Assembly: GCF_964204645.1 (NCBI RefSeq)
Contig: NC_134028.1
Coordinates: forward strand, 3,348,001 to 3,412,000
Length of the DNA stretch: 64,000 nt
From: Tubulanus polymorphus
Taxonomy: Eukaryota > Animalia > Nemertea
Direction of reading: 5' to 3'
A model generated the notes under the pieces. It was not told the origin of the DNA and ran no database searches. It saw only the letters and a program-made list of their open reading frames with translations. How positions within the stretch are numbered: the first letter of the stretch is position 1; every line of letters begins with the position of its first letter. The position numbers were made by a program, and so were the translations under genes. Of the stretch, positions 35,256 to 49,008 are shown in pieces.

Positions 35256-36248
35256 TTATTTCTTACATATTATAATGGACTTTGTTAAACGATTTCTGAA
35301 CATAATCTTTAAGTTCTCTCGCAACTCACGCCCAGTCAAAATATACAGATAGAAGTTTGCCGAGTAATTCCAAATAGATAGATTGTCGGCTATTACATAA
35401 ATCATGGTCAAATGTTCACCCCATCCCGGAATCAAAAAAAGTGTTATTACCACCGAAAATGGAACCGTTGTTATTATGAAAAACACACATGCTGAAACGA
35501 CCATGACGGCAACCTGGTTGGAATCGGTTTGAGTTTTTGATGACGAAATTACCTTCCTGGTGTATTTCATTGAGACAATAATGATTAAAGTGGATATGCT
35601 GAGAACGATAGCCGGCAGGTAACACATGAAGATAAACATATAGGCAGTGTGCAGAAGAGAACCAAGCGGAGTATAATAACAAGCAGGACCGTCAGTAGGC
35701 ATCGTGAACCAGAAAAACGAGAACCACAACATATTTACCGTTTCAACCAGGACAATCGAAACATTTGCGACTTTCATTGTCCAAAATCGAGGCCCTCTGA
35801 ACGGAAAAGTGATAACAGACATTCTTTCTAACGAAACTAACATAAGAATCGTTGGGCTGCTGCAACTTGTTACATTCAATATATAAAGAAAGAGTCCACA
35901 TTTAGCGTACGAACTCAAATTGATGCAAAGATCACCCGAAATCTTGTAACAAATATTGTTTAACAGAACACAAAATATATAGACAATGATAAACATATCG
36001 TTGAAGGCAATAGCGATAAAGAATCTACTGTATGACTTCTTCCAGGTTTTCTTATGAATCATCGATATGATGATAAGACTGTTACCGATTAAACCAAATA
36101 TGACGACGAAAACCATGTTAATATTTCTCATGCACCAAGATATATCTAGGTTATCCTCGCGAGGGGATGCGTGCATTGCTATGTCTAGATAAACGCGTTT
36201 GTAAACCGCAAAATCAGCGGTGCCCTTTGCCGTGCCGTTCATTGTCAT
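35256..36248 (-). CDS. Class A 7TM GPCR, paralogue 2 (tandem duplicate)
   Basis: Intronless ORF whose first ATG is at 36248 (330 aa); same motifs as paralogue 1; about 45 aa differences by manual count. Confidence 0.93.
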   Translation of the reverse strand: MTMNGTAKGTADFAVYKRVYLDIAMHASPREDNLDISWCMRNINMVFVVIFGLIGNSLIIISMIHKKTWKKSYSRFFIAIAFNDMFIIVYIFCVLLNNICYKISGDLCINLSSYAKCGLFLYILNVTSCSSPTILMLVSLERMSVITFPFRGPRFWTMKVANVSIVLVETVNMLWFSFFWFTMPTDGPACYYTPLGSLLHTAYMFIFMCYLPAIVLSISTLIIIVSMKYTRKVISSSKTQTDSNQVAVMVVSACVFFIITTVPFSVVITLFLIPGWGEHLTMIYVIADNLSIWNYSANFYLYILTGRELRENLKIMFRNRLTKSIIICKK

Positions 36249-39146
36249 TAGCAGCACCCAATCACGGTTCTTACTTGAATACCCCGGGAATGTCTAATGA
36301 GGAAGAAAATGAAATTACACGCCATGTGTTAAATCATATATGTAATATTTCATCATGTTCGAATGAAGATGCTAAACATATCAAAATTCTATTTATGCCA
36401 TTATAACGTTAATAATATGCGTCAATAATCTGATTTTTCTTTCATATTCGTTGCATCGTATCAAATATCCACAGGAGGCATTTAACTCAAAATCGTATTC
36501 GTATCTTCTAAACACGCCGTACATGTAAAATAAAATCTATTTATAATCTCTTAATGGACAATTCAAGCGACATTCTAAATTGCCAACAAATTGTGATGAT
36601 ACATTATTTTGTATAGACCAGTTTATCACGGCATCCTTACATCTGGATGAAATTATTTTCGTTTACATTTAATACGGAGGAAGTTGTTAATGAGAATTTT
36701 AAGGTATTGCACGATAAATCACGAAGTTCGCGTGCGATGGTATTGTGAGTTTTGTCATCGCATTTTCAGTTCGTGAAATATGACGCCAGGAAATTGTCTG
36801 AATAACGAATGTTGCAGTCTTCGCTTTGACGTATGGATATTTAAGCGACAAAAAGGAATTTAGCTTTATAATAAGCTCGGGAAATAAACTATGTCTTCTG
36901 AATGTTATCAATCAATCATTGATCGATGAGCTGTCATCTGCACTAATTATCGAGTAAACACGATTTAGAAAATTAGAAAAATAAGAAAATCTCCACGACA
37001 GATTTCTTTAATGATCCAGGTCGATTCGTTCAGTCAGGTAACAGTGGTACCACGACCACGGTGGAGTGATTGTGGGCTCCGAGATCGGTCCAGTGAAGGA
37101 CTTTGACTGGAACACAACGAAATGAAACGGGCATATATTATACTGCAAAGGGTAACGTATCAAGCACGTTGAGCAGGTGGGAAGCCAAAAGGGCCTAGAC
37201 TGACTGCTGTTCTATTAGTTGCGGGACGAAAAATTGCCCTGAAAAATGCCGTTCTTTTTCATTAGGGCACGTGATAATTGAATGTACTCCTTGTGCTCCC
37301 ATTTGGGCCCATTTGGTCCCACCTGGATCTGCCCCTAGATCCCACTGCACCTGGTAGGATGGGAAATGTAGATGGGGATAAGTTTCTCGTCCTTTATGCA
37401 ATGATGGAATGTTAGATATTGTACCCGGAAGGTTGGATTAGGTCAGTATATACGCACTGTGCGGTGGTGGAACAGACTAGATCGATGTACATGACGGAAC
37501 TGAATTTTCAGATTTTATTCATTGGTTTTCGTGCACCAGGTGATGAGACTTCGCGATTGCGATTCTATCCACCTTTATCTAATTCTGTTTCTACAAATGG
37601 TAATTTGAACTTTTTTCAATCGCTTCTCGCTTTAAATGACGTCGGAAATTTATACGTCTCCGGTTTACTTGATCAACGCGTTCGAATCGATTTGTCGCGA
37701 ACGGAAACTCGCTTTATTTCAACTTACAATTTTCAGTCGATTTTGAATTTGTTTTTTCCTAATTCTCTATCGTCTGATGAAATCTTCTATTGGTTATCGA
37801 TTTTTAGAAAGTGTCCGCGATTTCAATTAGTGTAATCTAGTTTATCTATCGTCGTATTGAAACCCTCCAATTGCGCAAACAATCAAATTGAGTTTGAGAA
37901 GCACTATGTACTTTCTAACTAGTGTTTCTATTAAATAGTCTATAAGATAAATCAAGAGGAAATCGTGCTCACACTTTCTAACATTTGATGCAGCCATTTA
38001 ACGTAAATTCTTCTATTTCTATGAGCTACTGATCATCGACAATATCAATATAATGATATTAACACGTACGGTGGTCATGCATTTTCTCTTATGAAGTTCC
38101 CTTGTATTTCATGATGTGTCTGTTGTTACTGAGCGTGGCTGGCCCCGTCTTGCCTTTGATAATGAAAACCTCCGATAATTTACAGGATCAAGCGATTATG
38201 ATGTTGTATCGGTTAAGTCGCCGCTATAGACTGCTCCTGATCGATAGGTTGACATTTTGGTGTTCATATTATTCGATGAAAGGGTGCGTCTTTATGTCAC
38301 AGTCTAGTGTTACAACTTATAGTGTTACAATACAACGTTAATCAATTATCGCAATAGGTTTTTGTGCCTTTTGAAACAGATTCAATAAAAATCAACGATT
38401 TTGTCGGCCAGGTACTATATATATAATATGGATATTTAGGCTTGTACATGTTATGTAATGATACGTGCAATTGCTCGGAATGAAGAATTACATGAGGCGG
38501 GCGTAGGTTGACTTGCGACGCGACGCGTTCGGTTGCAACTGGTCACAAATGAGTATGTACGGACGCAACCGTCTACGCTGGCGTGTCGTGTAATCTGTCT
38601 CTGTCATTCGCACGAGTAGTGTACACCTATGTGGTTCGCGACTGCGGGGAGACGGTCGCGTCAAGTCGCAGAAAGTAGAACGTGCAACTCATTGTAACAT
38701 TCTCAAGGCCGTCCTTCAGCATGCTTTATAGTACACAAATCATGACATAAAGAACGTACGTGATTTACTAAAATATCAACAAAAAGTGAAACCAACGATT
38801 CGTTCTATATCTCTGTTGGCCTTAATCAGCGCCAACACCATTTTTGACTAATGCAATTCCTTTAGCGTGCAAATGAAAGAATTAAGTTGGTCGGTTTCCG
38901 GTGGTGGCTACGGTTTCATTGGATCCGATTACTGCGGTATAGTACTTTGACATTTTATCGCGTATTTGCGACATAGAAAAGACGAGTAACCCAGATATAT
39001 GAACTAAAAGCACAACGCGACTAACGGACCAAACATTCAATTACTTGCCCTCCCACGCTAACGGTGGATTAACACGGTTCCTGATGCGCGGTCGTCGCAG
39101 TAATTTCTTACTGAAAAAAAGGATACGAATCGATCTCATCTTTCAT

Positions 39147-39477
<331 letters not shown>

Positions 39478-41297
39478 ACGTGACAATGTTTTACCTCCCT
39501 TTTTCCAATTCCTGACCAACCTGACCTTTTGAAATATACATGCGGTTAGGAAATAATATGATCGCATGGGTTTTCGGTAGGATCTTCAGAATCGGGATCG
39601 GGTATCATCTATGAAAATGGATAAGAAATCCATGAATTAATCAGTTAAATGTTGCTCATCAAAATCACTTAGCAAATACAAGTGAATCGCCATCTCAAAA
39701 CTAAGGGTATCTGGTTATCTGGTTATGAATTTGAAACCGATTCACTTAGATGTCTCTTTGTGAATATTTTCATGACATAAAGCGCTTCTAAGAGATGAAT
39801 TATTATCATGTGTCATTAAACATAAAAAAAATTTCCCTCTCGGTAGAACGGTGTCTTTATACTCAATACACGGAGCTTAAGGGTTTTATCTTTTTAAACT
39901 GCAACATGTGACAATATTCAGTCCCCCACCTGACTCGCAATGGGTGTGATGTAGATGTAATGGAGCTTTCCATTAGAAAATAAAGTAAGATATAGAAAAA
40001 GATTATGTATAAAGCTTTCGAACGAGACATGATAATAGAAATAGGCAATCGACAGACGTCTGAGCAGGCGTTCATTCAGGTGGTTTTGTTAAGAAATGGG
40101 GTAAGACCCGAGCTTTGATTCTTTATTTATCATCGTCCCTCGTCCACGATGGGACTCGTCCGGCTGAACCAATATTTACCATTCGGTCTACTTTCCGCGG
40201 TACGGCAAATAAAACGCTTCATCGCCGAAACTTCACAGCGATACGAAACAAGATTAGCGCGGCAACTAAAGCCGCTCACGAGCGTACAAGAATCCAGACA
40301 ACTAAATGTAATTTGTTTCATTAACGCGCGGCACATGTTTGTACACGAGAAAGCAAAGAACAGAAGTCGCAGCGCCGGCGTTGCATACAAAACAATTCGA
40401 CGTATTTCGGGGCCCGATTGACGAATAATTCGATAAGCACCCGTCTGCAACAAGCTATACATGTGACACGAATTCATTATCGCGCCAAAGCCAAAAAGGA
40501 AAATTGCTTTAGTTGCGCATCTCGAAAGGACTACCGCCTGATTTAGTCAATATGTAGATTTAACCTATCGTGTGTTTATTTCGTTAGAAAAAGTCGATTT
40601 GTTTGAAATGAGATGGGGGTTCCTCATTCTCTGCCAAGGTCATTCTTCGATTGAACTTATATTCAATTCAACTCAATATAGTTTATTGGTCCATATAAGA
40701 TAAATAAACAGAGCACAGATGATACAATAGAATGGTTTCCATGTATGGTAAAAAGACGGCTTCAAACATAATTGCCACGGTCTATTTGATATCAAAAGGA
40801 AATGTAAGGTCGTAGATACCTTTCTCGAAGGGTACATCAATCGCGTCTCTGTTTTTGTTATATTCCCAAGCGTCTTTTGCATCGAAAGCAATTTTTTCAA
40901 TTACGAAATGAGTCTTAAAACGTTGATGAAATTTTTTCTGCTGCTATACAGGATGGTTTCACACGGCGAGAATTAATCTGCCTCTTGGCCGCCATGTTTG
41001 AACATCATTTAATCAATCGCAACCGTCGAACCACGATCCCCAGACTTGACAAATTGACAATCGCTAACGCCAGGCACTCGTAACTGAGACAGGAAAACTT
41101 TTTACAGGGTGAAATGTCTATGTATCGTTCTGTCGCTTGTCGGATTTCGACAGTCTCAGCGTTGATGGGTATCGGTAACGAGTTGCGAATCTATAAAGAA
41201 AAAAGAAATTATATTAGGTAAACAGACAGTCAACCCCGATTTACAGCCAACCTTCCCGACTTAACGTCATGTTTCTTTTTCTGATGACGGATCACTT

Positions 41298-41518
41298 GGG
41301 CCCGGTTTTATGGACCGCTAGTACCTTTGACCCGGGGACTAACTAAATCGGAAAAATGAATTGAGTTAGCCCCGGGTTAAAGGTAATACCAGTCTGTAAA
41401 ACCCATCTTCACCCGTCAAGGGATTCGAACCCACTACGCTAAAGCTGTTCGCCGAAAGTGGAAGCGAGTTCGGGAGTGATACCGGACCCCTGGCAAGCGA
41501 GGATGGTAAAACCGGCCC
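41298..41518. mobile_element. MITE-like element (GGGCC termini)
   Basis: TIRs gggcccggtttta / taaaaccggccc; internal inverted repeat tacctttgacccggggactaact / agttagccccgggttaaaggta. Confidence 0.55.
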
Positions 41519-42362
41519 CTGTATTTTGTCAAAATTAACCCTCTCTATGTCTCTAATCACCGATATCTGAGGTTTGACATTCAGCGTTATCCCTTACATT
41601 TTTACAGTTTGAATTGTTTATTTGTTTTACGTCGTTCACTTCTTCGTTTCTCAAGACATACCGAGTCATATCGGTTTGTTCATTCAACCTCGCTACGGGA
41701 CCACGGCCTTTGAAGTATTGTCCGCATTCCCGAAATGCTTGAATTGTCTAAAAGAAAAACTCAACACTTTTATGATAATGCATAAGTATCATAGTCACCA
41801 TGAACGGACACTGAATTTAATAGTGAATCTAAAAGGGGGCACGGCGCATCTTGGGGGCTGATCCGTCGCGTTTGATGTTCACGAAGGTTTTCACTGAAAC
41901 GGCGTTCTGTGCAGCTGGAGCCGATGAGGCATGATCCGCCTTCGCGTTTCGTGTTACGGTTTCAGCTAATTAATTGACAAATTGGAATATCACGTTCTTC
42001 TTATACGCGCCGTTTGTTTTGAAAAATGTTCGATTCTATTGCCGAGGAATAACGGAGTTTTAACGTTGCACGAAGCTATGCATTTATCTGAAAGAAAGAA
42101 TACAAGATGATATAAGTACATATAGGGAGAATATAATTCATTTAATGGAATAGAAAGTGAATTGGAGTTTTGCATACATAGATTCTAAAAGCCTAGCAAG
42201 ACACAGTAAGACACAGCCTGATAACGACGCAGAAACGCGTCACTGGTTTATTTCGGGGTTCCAAACACGAACGAGTTTTTTGGTAAACAACAAAAGCGTC
42301 GCTGTCTCAGGTTCCCGGTGTATATCTTGCTGTGTACACAAGACTTAGGGCTTTTTATGACT

Positions 42363-42680
42363 TGGTTACTGGTAACTGGTTACTGGTTACTGGTTACTGG
42401 TAACTGGTAACTGGTTACTGATTACTGGTTACTGGTTACTGGTTACTGGTTACTGGTTACTGGTTACTGTTTACTGGTTACTGGTTACTGGTTACTGGTT
42501 ACTGGTTACTGGTTACTGGTTACTGGTTACTGGTTACTGGTTACTGGTTACTGGTTACTGGTTACTGGTTACTGGTTACTGGTTACTGGTTACTGGTTAC
42601 TGGTTACTGGTTACTGGTTACTGGTTACGGGTTACTGGTTACTGGTTACTGGTTACTGGTTACTGGTTACTGGTTACTGG
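42363..42680. repeat. (GGTTACT)n heptamer tandem repeat
   Basis: About 45 near-perfect copies. Confidence 0.97.
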
Positions 42681-45600
42681 ATACTACAAAGTTTCAATTC
42701 TCGTTAATAGGCGACATATGCATGTGTCATCTGGGAATGTGTCATCAATATTTTACAATCCGTTTATTTGATTTCTCATAACTGTATCACTGACTGGGTG
42801 TATATAGACTGGGTGCATGTATTGGCGCTTTCTCTATTACGTTAATGAATCCACGTGAAAGAAACTGCTATCGATGTCACTTGTATCAAAATCAGTAACG
42901 ATTAATAGGTAAAGAAGAAACTCCGTGTTGAGTTTTATTAGCCGTCGACGTTTCGTCGACGTCGTCGTCGCCCGGGTTTCTGTTTTATTATGTCTCGATT
43001 TATTCCCGATGGAAATCAGATTTGAGCGTATTCGGCTGGGTCAATAAGTCCAATCCCGCGGGGACGTATCGATCAAAATACCCCTCGTATTCCAATCACG
43101 GTTCGATGAGTTACCGATGCACAACGATAAGGATTACTTTTCATCGTCGACTATTTGATTCGTTTAGTCTAACGGCGAGATTTTTTCGCCGGTCGCCTGA
43201 AGACCCGAACACCAATCATCTTTTGCCGCCCACGCACGTAAAACGGCGTGTTTAATACGTTGGTAATGACTCCGCTCTATCGTTTGCCGAACCGAACCAA
43301 TTTTCCGGTCTTATATTCTGTCTAAGTGCGTTCGTTTTGCACGCTCCATTAATAAATTGTCATCCAAGGGCTGTTTGCGACGAGCGATTACCAGTTACTG
43401 GCAATTGCAGACTCCGATTTCATTTTGGAGCTCGTACACTCCTTTCGCTGCGTTTTGACCGCGGAAAAACGTTTGCGGTCGTCGTCACTGCTGGTTGATG
43501 AATATCGTTTGTGTACGCCGTGCGCGTGGGATGACCTGCGACCTCGATCTCTGTGAGGTGGCCAGGATTCGATCTCGAAACTAAATGAACAATCCAGCGG
43601 GATATAGTTTTAGAAAACTAAGATCCAAACAACGCAAGGCAAGATAACAGACTAACAAACCTCCGTTCTAAGAGGCAATGGTCCTACCCGGTTCGACCAT
43701 GCTTTGACCAGGCCGATTGGTTGTGTGCTTGACTGAAACTTATAAAACTCGCTCTCGTGCGTACCAACGGAAATTTCCTGCAAATACGTCATTCTTGTAA
43801 GCGGGGGAATCCGCGGATTTTCGCGAAAATTTAACCAGAACGTAATTAAGTAAATTTAATTTCTCTGTTACTTTGGTCTAATGAGAACGAGATACTGGTT
43901 TCGAAATGATTAAAGTCCGTTCTAAAAGACTGACTGTTGAACTATTGGCCTATAACACGGTGCCCTTTACAAACTACCACAAAAAAACTCACAATTTCTT
44001 TACGCATTAAATATCAAATTATGAGATGTTGAAAATTGATTCTTTCCAAGAATTTGCCTCGAACTCTCATACGCGTTATTACACGGTTACCACGAGGTGA
44101 TTTCATAATGCATACCGTAATCTAGTTCAATGTGTAGGTGTCTGTACCTATGGACGTATAAACTAGTTATTCTAGTTTATACGTCCATCGTGTACCATAC
44201 TATTCGCCCTTTGGCTTATATATGATTGTGTCCGGCGTCTTTTTGCATTCGACAAACCTTTCCGAACGTGGAAGCAGTGTGGCAGAAAATGAATGCATCC
44301 GCTGGAGGAAATTGGTGCGGCGATCTGATGTCGATACTAGGCATGTCCTGTATCGCGGTTTGCGTGGGCGGGTGGTCTCACCGGTGCACCGATACATAAA
44401 CCAATTTGTAATCACCGTGTATTAGATAATAGCGACATGAAAGTCCATCACCGCGAGACCGATAGTCGGGGGAGTCTGGCTGGATCATTGTCGACTATCA
44501 TGCAATTTAGCAATCATTATCATCGCAAATGTGATCGCGGCACAATTCCGTAACTTGTTAACCGGATTCACTCAGGCGTTTTGTATGTCGCTAAGGCTCG
44601 GAAAAAAACGCTGATTTCTTGAGCAATTTTCAATGCCTGAGGCTCCCTAGTAATATATAGGATATGAGTGTGCATATATACATACATGTTTTAAGCTAAT
44701 ATGATATTTGTAATTATCTATAATTCCTAACCCTCAAGCCGAATGCAAACAGCAAGACATAAACCAACTTTTATTATATTTTTATTCTTTCTCTCCATGT
44801 TGTTTATCTCTTAGTATTTTAGCTGCATTTACAATCTCATTTGATATGATATGATTTATTTTCTCCACAAAAAGTCTTTTTTATAATTAGCCATATATAT
44901 TGAATAGTTGATCATGCTTTGTACGTATCTTTTTGTTTGTTTCTGATTCCTTGTTTAATGTTCATTGACAATCTTTGTATGTACAGATTTTGAAATTGAT
45001 AAATAAATTGAATTGAATTATAGTTTTCTTGGCTGGTTTCGTGATAGTGTGCGTTGCCTCTGAAACGCACATTCGGTAAAGCTTCAACCTTATGGTACAA
45101 TGTATTGGTTTGCTCGGCCACATTTGCGTTCTTTGTTCGCGACCTCCCTTTGGTATCATTACATTCAATGATTAGCTTGAAGCGAGCATAAAACAAATTA
45201 TTTTTCCACCCATGTCACCCTTCTGAGGTCATTGTCCGTTCATCTTGGAGTCTATTTGACCAGAACTACACTGGGAGTAACTCTATCCATCTTGTTTTAT
45301 GAATGTTTTCCGCACAATCTCCCTGTGTGTTTGCCAAATCCTGGCTAATAAAGACCCTGCTGTCCCAAAAGAAGAGCCAATTTGTTTGACTATGACCCGA
45401 ACACGAGGAATCATTGATTAGTCCCGTTGCAATTACTGGTCAACCATTCACTGGAAAATGCAATATCGTATGATGACTTCAAGTTACGGGGAACGTTCTT
45501 AGTTGGCCACATTTTATGTTATTTCCGGCAAAACTATCTAGGGTAACCGTTAATTTCTTGTTTTCGAACAAGAAACGCTAAGGAAAACGGGTTGAAATTG

Positions 45601-46618
45601 TACACTGTCACCACTACTGCCACCGTGCGGTTGATAATCAAACTACTAATTGAGAAACGAAGCTGTTGCGTGAATCAAATAAGCCATTTATATCTTCCCT
45701 TGTCACTTTGAATCATCGTAAGCAACTAAAAAAACCCGTAATACTTGATTGAGTGTGAGGATCAACGAAGGATTAGACGGAGAACATTAATCTGCTTGGC
45801 TTCTGGTGTACTTTAACGACTCGCTAAATCATTACTAGGCAACCGAGGCTTGGTATTTAGCGGTTACTCGCAACTAATATAATTATCCACCAGTCAAAAG
45901 GATTTGTCATAATCCCCTAGGGTTCTATCAAATGTTGTATAACATAAAGTTTTTAAAGAGCATTAACGACTTTTGCGCCATTTATGTACCAATGATACCA
46001 TAGCATTATATGTGATTGTGCTGAAGTTTATATCGAGAGCTTTGAAAACATGGTATGTGATAATTAGAAAGATCCGGTGAAAAATCAATTGGTCAACTGT
46101 AACACCGAGCACTGATGCCCGATGAGAGGGTACCCCGCTGTTTTCCTCGTCCCATTTCGAACTCAGATCTTGGCATACCGGGTATAAATAGCCTGCAACG
46201 AACACTAAGCGGAGCTTGTCGTAAAAATAGATGCTGACCATGAGAAACACTGCGTAGACTGACGTTTCGCGATAATGTGGAGTTAGTTGATCGCGGCGCT
46301 GGGAAAGAAAGTGACAATTCTATATGGGACAATTTCCTCGTTGTAATCGGCGATATGAAATACTAGAAATAACCTGCCAGTTTTTGTCAGTTGTCATTGA
46401 ACAGCGCTGACACTCTCGCTTGATTTCCCTGGTCGGATACGTCATAGATCGCGCAAACGACTTGCCCGCTTTCTTGTCGTCTGGTGAATGTTTCCTCGAG
46501 ACGCGTTGTATTCATTCTGTATATTCACTAAAATCAATAATTTTGGTCGTGATTCTGTTATCATTTAATTTCTTAACTGACTTGCGTACAATAAAACTAA
46601 CCTTACGTATCCATAGAA

Positions 46619-46940
46619 CGGTCGCTGATAATGCATTAATTTTTACATGAAGAAGAAAAAAACGCAAAACGTAACTTATAGGGCAAATACGTACAAACTT
46701 CGTTTTTGGGCCATAGTAAAAACGAAAACTTCATTTTTGCTATTGCCAAAAAACGAATAGTCATAGAGTGAAAACGAATCTTTTCGATTTTGCTTTATAA
46801 TATTTCGTTTTTGTGCGGTGAAGTTCTTTTTGCTAGGGTGCAAAAACGTAAAGTTCGTTTTTGCTCTATAGGTTTCGTTTTACGTTTTTCTATAATCGAG
46901 GTCACAAAATAATGCATGTGGCCCTTATCAGCCATCGGAG
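46619..46940. mobile_element. Fold-back/MITE-like palindromic element
   Basis: Ends cggtcgctgataa / ttatcagccatcg; long imperfect inverted arms built from aaaacg/cgtttt subrepeats. Confidence 0.5.
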
Positions 46941-48302
46941 TATAACAGGACGACAATTCATTGATTTTTGTCGTATGCGTTTCTTCCAGATTCGTGTATG
47001 AAAGATTTTCATGTTTTTTGTTATTTCCTAGATTTATTCGGTGTTTCTTTTGTCATCAATAAACGCGTAACCCAAGTGACAAATGGAAGAAGTTGCCAGA
47101 CATCATAAATCGCCTTATATAATTGGGGAAACGGTGCGTCGCCTTTACGTTGACTCGAATAGAAGTCGGATACAATTGAGATGATTATTTTATCCAGGGT
47201 AGGTAAGCCTATAACAATGAACTTGTACTTTTCACGAATGTAGCGACACTGCTCGGAGTTGCTTGTACAAGCACTAGGCCAACCGCCTGAAAACTGCACC
47301 AAAACTACGTCCCTTTGATATTTCATCTGTGTATTCTTATCGCTTTACTGCGAGAATTGAACAACCCAGCAACGACTGTATTTGTATCTCCAGGTCACGT
47401 TTTTCCGTGTTTGCCTTTAATCCGAGACGTTCCTTAGAATTAGCATGCTTTGGCCATCACTGCAATTGGCATCGCTCAACATCAGCTAATCATTGAAGCG
47501 TCGTGACATACAAGTTTCTATTTCGTTACTTTATTCGTCGTTGCAAAAAAGGGCCGAAGCCGCATCGATCGCATGATTCACAAAAAAAAGCGTTTCAATC
47601 TAAGAAATTAGGAAACGAACCGAAGAATTGCTTTTGCAAAACACTTTAAAAGATTGTTTAAGATTATACGTTATCGTCTTACTTCACCAGTTGTTCAGCA
47701 TCTCTCATCAATTTCCTTGTACTTCTCATCGTATATCAATTCTTAAATGAAATCGGTTCTTATTGAAAATCAATTTGTTAATGAAATCTGTGTGTATATT
47801 ACAATACGTACATGTACAAAATCTAATGAAGGATTTTATTACAATTATCAGCACTTATATATACTATTTGGGATTGGCATTGCCTGATACAGCGAATATC
47901 TTCATCAAAATCGCAAATTATTATGGTCATTGAGGTATACTCATCGCTGATAATTGACATATCGATATCACTTGTTTTTGGGCCCGGCACCTATCGATGA
48001 AACGCGTCTGAATTTTCTTCAAAACGTCATTTTTACCGAGAAAATATCCTCCTCCGTGACGGCGCTCTAACATGAAAATCTCGTTAAACGCTCGAAGACT
48101 TACGGCACTTTTAGCGATCGTTTCCGTTCCATGAAATCGACGCCAATTTAATTAAATCACTGAAATTAAATAAGCCGTCAGAAGTATTAAGCTTCAAATT
48201 TTATTGTGAGGCCTCGAGTTCACGCAGTGAATCATGTAAAAATCTTAATGTCGGTCGCGACAACGTTTTTTTCCAGTCTTTAAAACCGTTTTGTTTTCAG
48301 AC

Positions 48303-48944
48303 TCAATCTTTCACGGATTTATCGTGCCAATTTCCCGAATCACTAAAAGACGTGATTGATATATTGATGATTATAACGGCAAAACCTAGTAACGACAAAA
48401 TATTCGCTAATTTTGCGTTAAATAATTCCTTCCGCGTAGTTCCATCTTCGAGAAGTTTTTCATGAGCATTTTCTACAGCTTCTGCCCCGCCTTTGATCAT
48501 TATCTCTTCTTGTTCCGTCAATTTTCCTCCTTCCTCGACATGTCCTACCTCTTCTTCTTCTTCTTCTTCTTCATCATGTCCCTCCTCTTTTTCTTTCTCG
48601 TGTTCTTCCTCTTTCTTTTCCCCGTGTCCTCCTTCTCCTTCCTCGTGCCCACTGATCACCTGCGAGTTGGATTCGGAAGAACTGATGACCATCAATAAGA
48701 TCGCCATCGCCATTTCTAAAATGATCGATACGATCAACAGCAGCAACATCGTGTAGTAATACTCAACTCTCGGCTTTCCTTGGCTTAATATAGTTCTCAG
48801 ATGATTTATATTTGCTGTCAAAAGGGTTATATTTGACAGATTGTGCAAGTTTGTCTTCTTTGTTGCGTATCCCTTGCGCGATATTTTTGTTTTAATCTCA
48901 TGTTCTTCTTCTTGTTCACCGTGCCCTGCTTCCTCGCCTCCCAT
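48303..48944 (-). CDS. Ninjurin-family membrane protein with acidic His/Glu-rich insertion (213 aa)
   Basis: YATKKT...NITLLTANINHLRTILSQG aligns with the ninjurin YASKKS...DIALLMANASQLKAVVEQG motif; TM YYTMLLLLIVSIILEMAMAILL; terminal LANILSLLGFAVIIINISITSF (compare LNNLATGLVFIIVVVNIFITAF). First usable ATG at 48944. Confidence 0.88.
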   Translation of the reverse strand: MGGEEAGHGEQEEEHEIKTKISRKGYATKKTNLHNLSNITLLTANINHLRTILSQGKPRVEYYYTMLLLLIVSIILEMAMAILLMVISSSESNSQVISGHEEGEGGHGEKKEEEHEKEKEEGHDEEEEEEEEVGHVEEGGKLTEQEEIMIKGGAEAVENAHEKLLEDGTTRKELFNAKLANILSLLGFAVIIINISITSFSDSGNWHDKSVKD

Positions 48945-49008
48945 ATTGTACTGCACTGTTCAGTAAAACGAGTAATCGCTCATCGTGCGGTATAAAGAGT
49001 TTCGTAAA

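Noticed and set aside
38495-38710. Degenerate inverted-repeat segment (gacttgcgacgcg / cgcgtcaagtc)
   Set aside because: Probably an old MITE, but termini and TSD could not be defined.
42363-42680. Possible interstitial telomere repeat
   Set aside because: GGTTACT does not match the TTAGGG or TTAGG animal telomere motifs; treated as a simple repeat.
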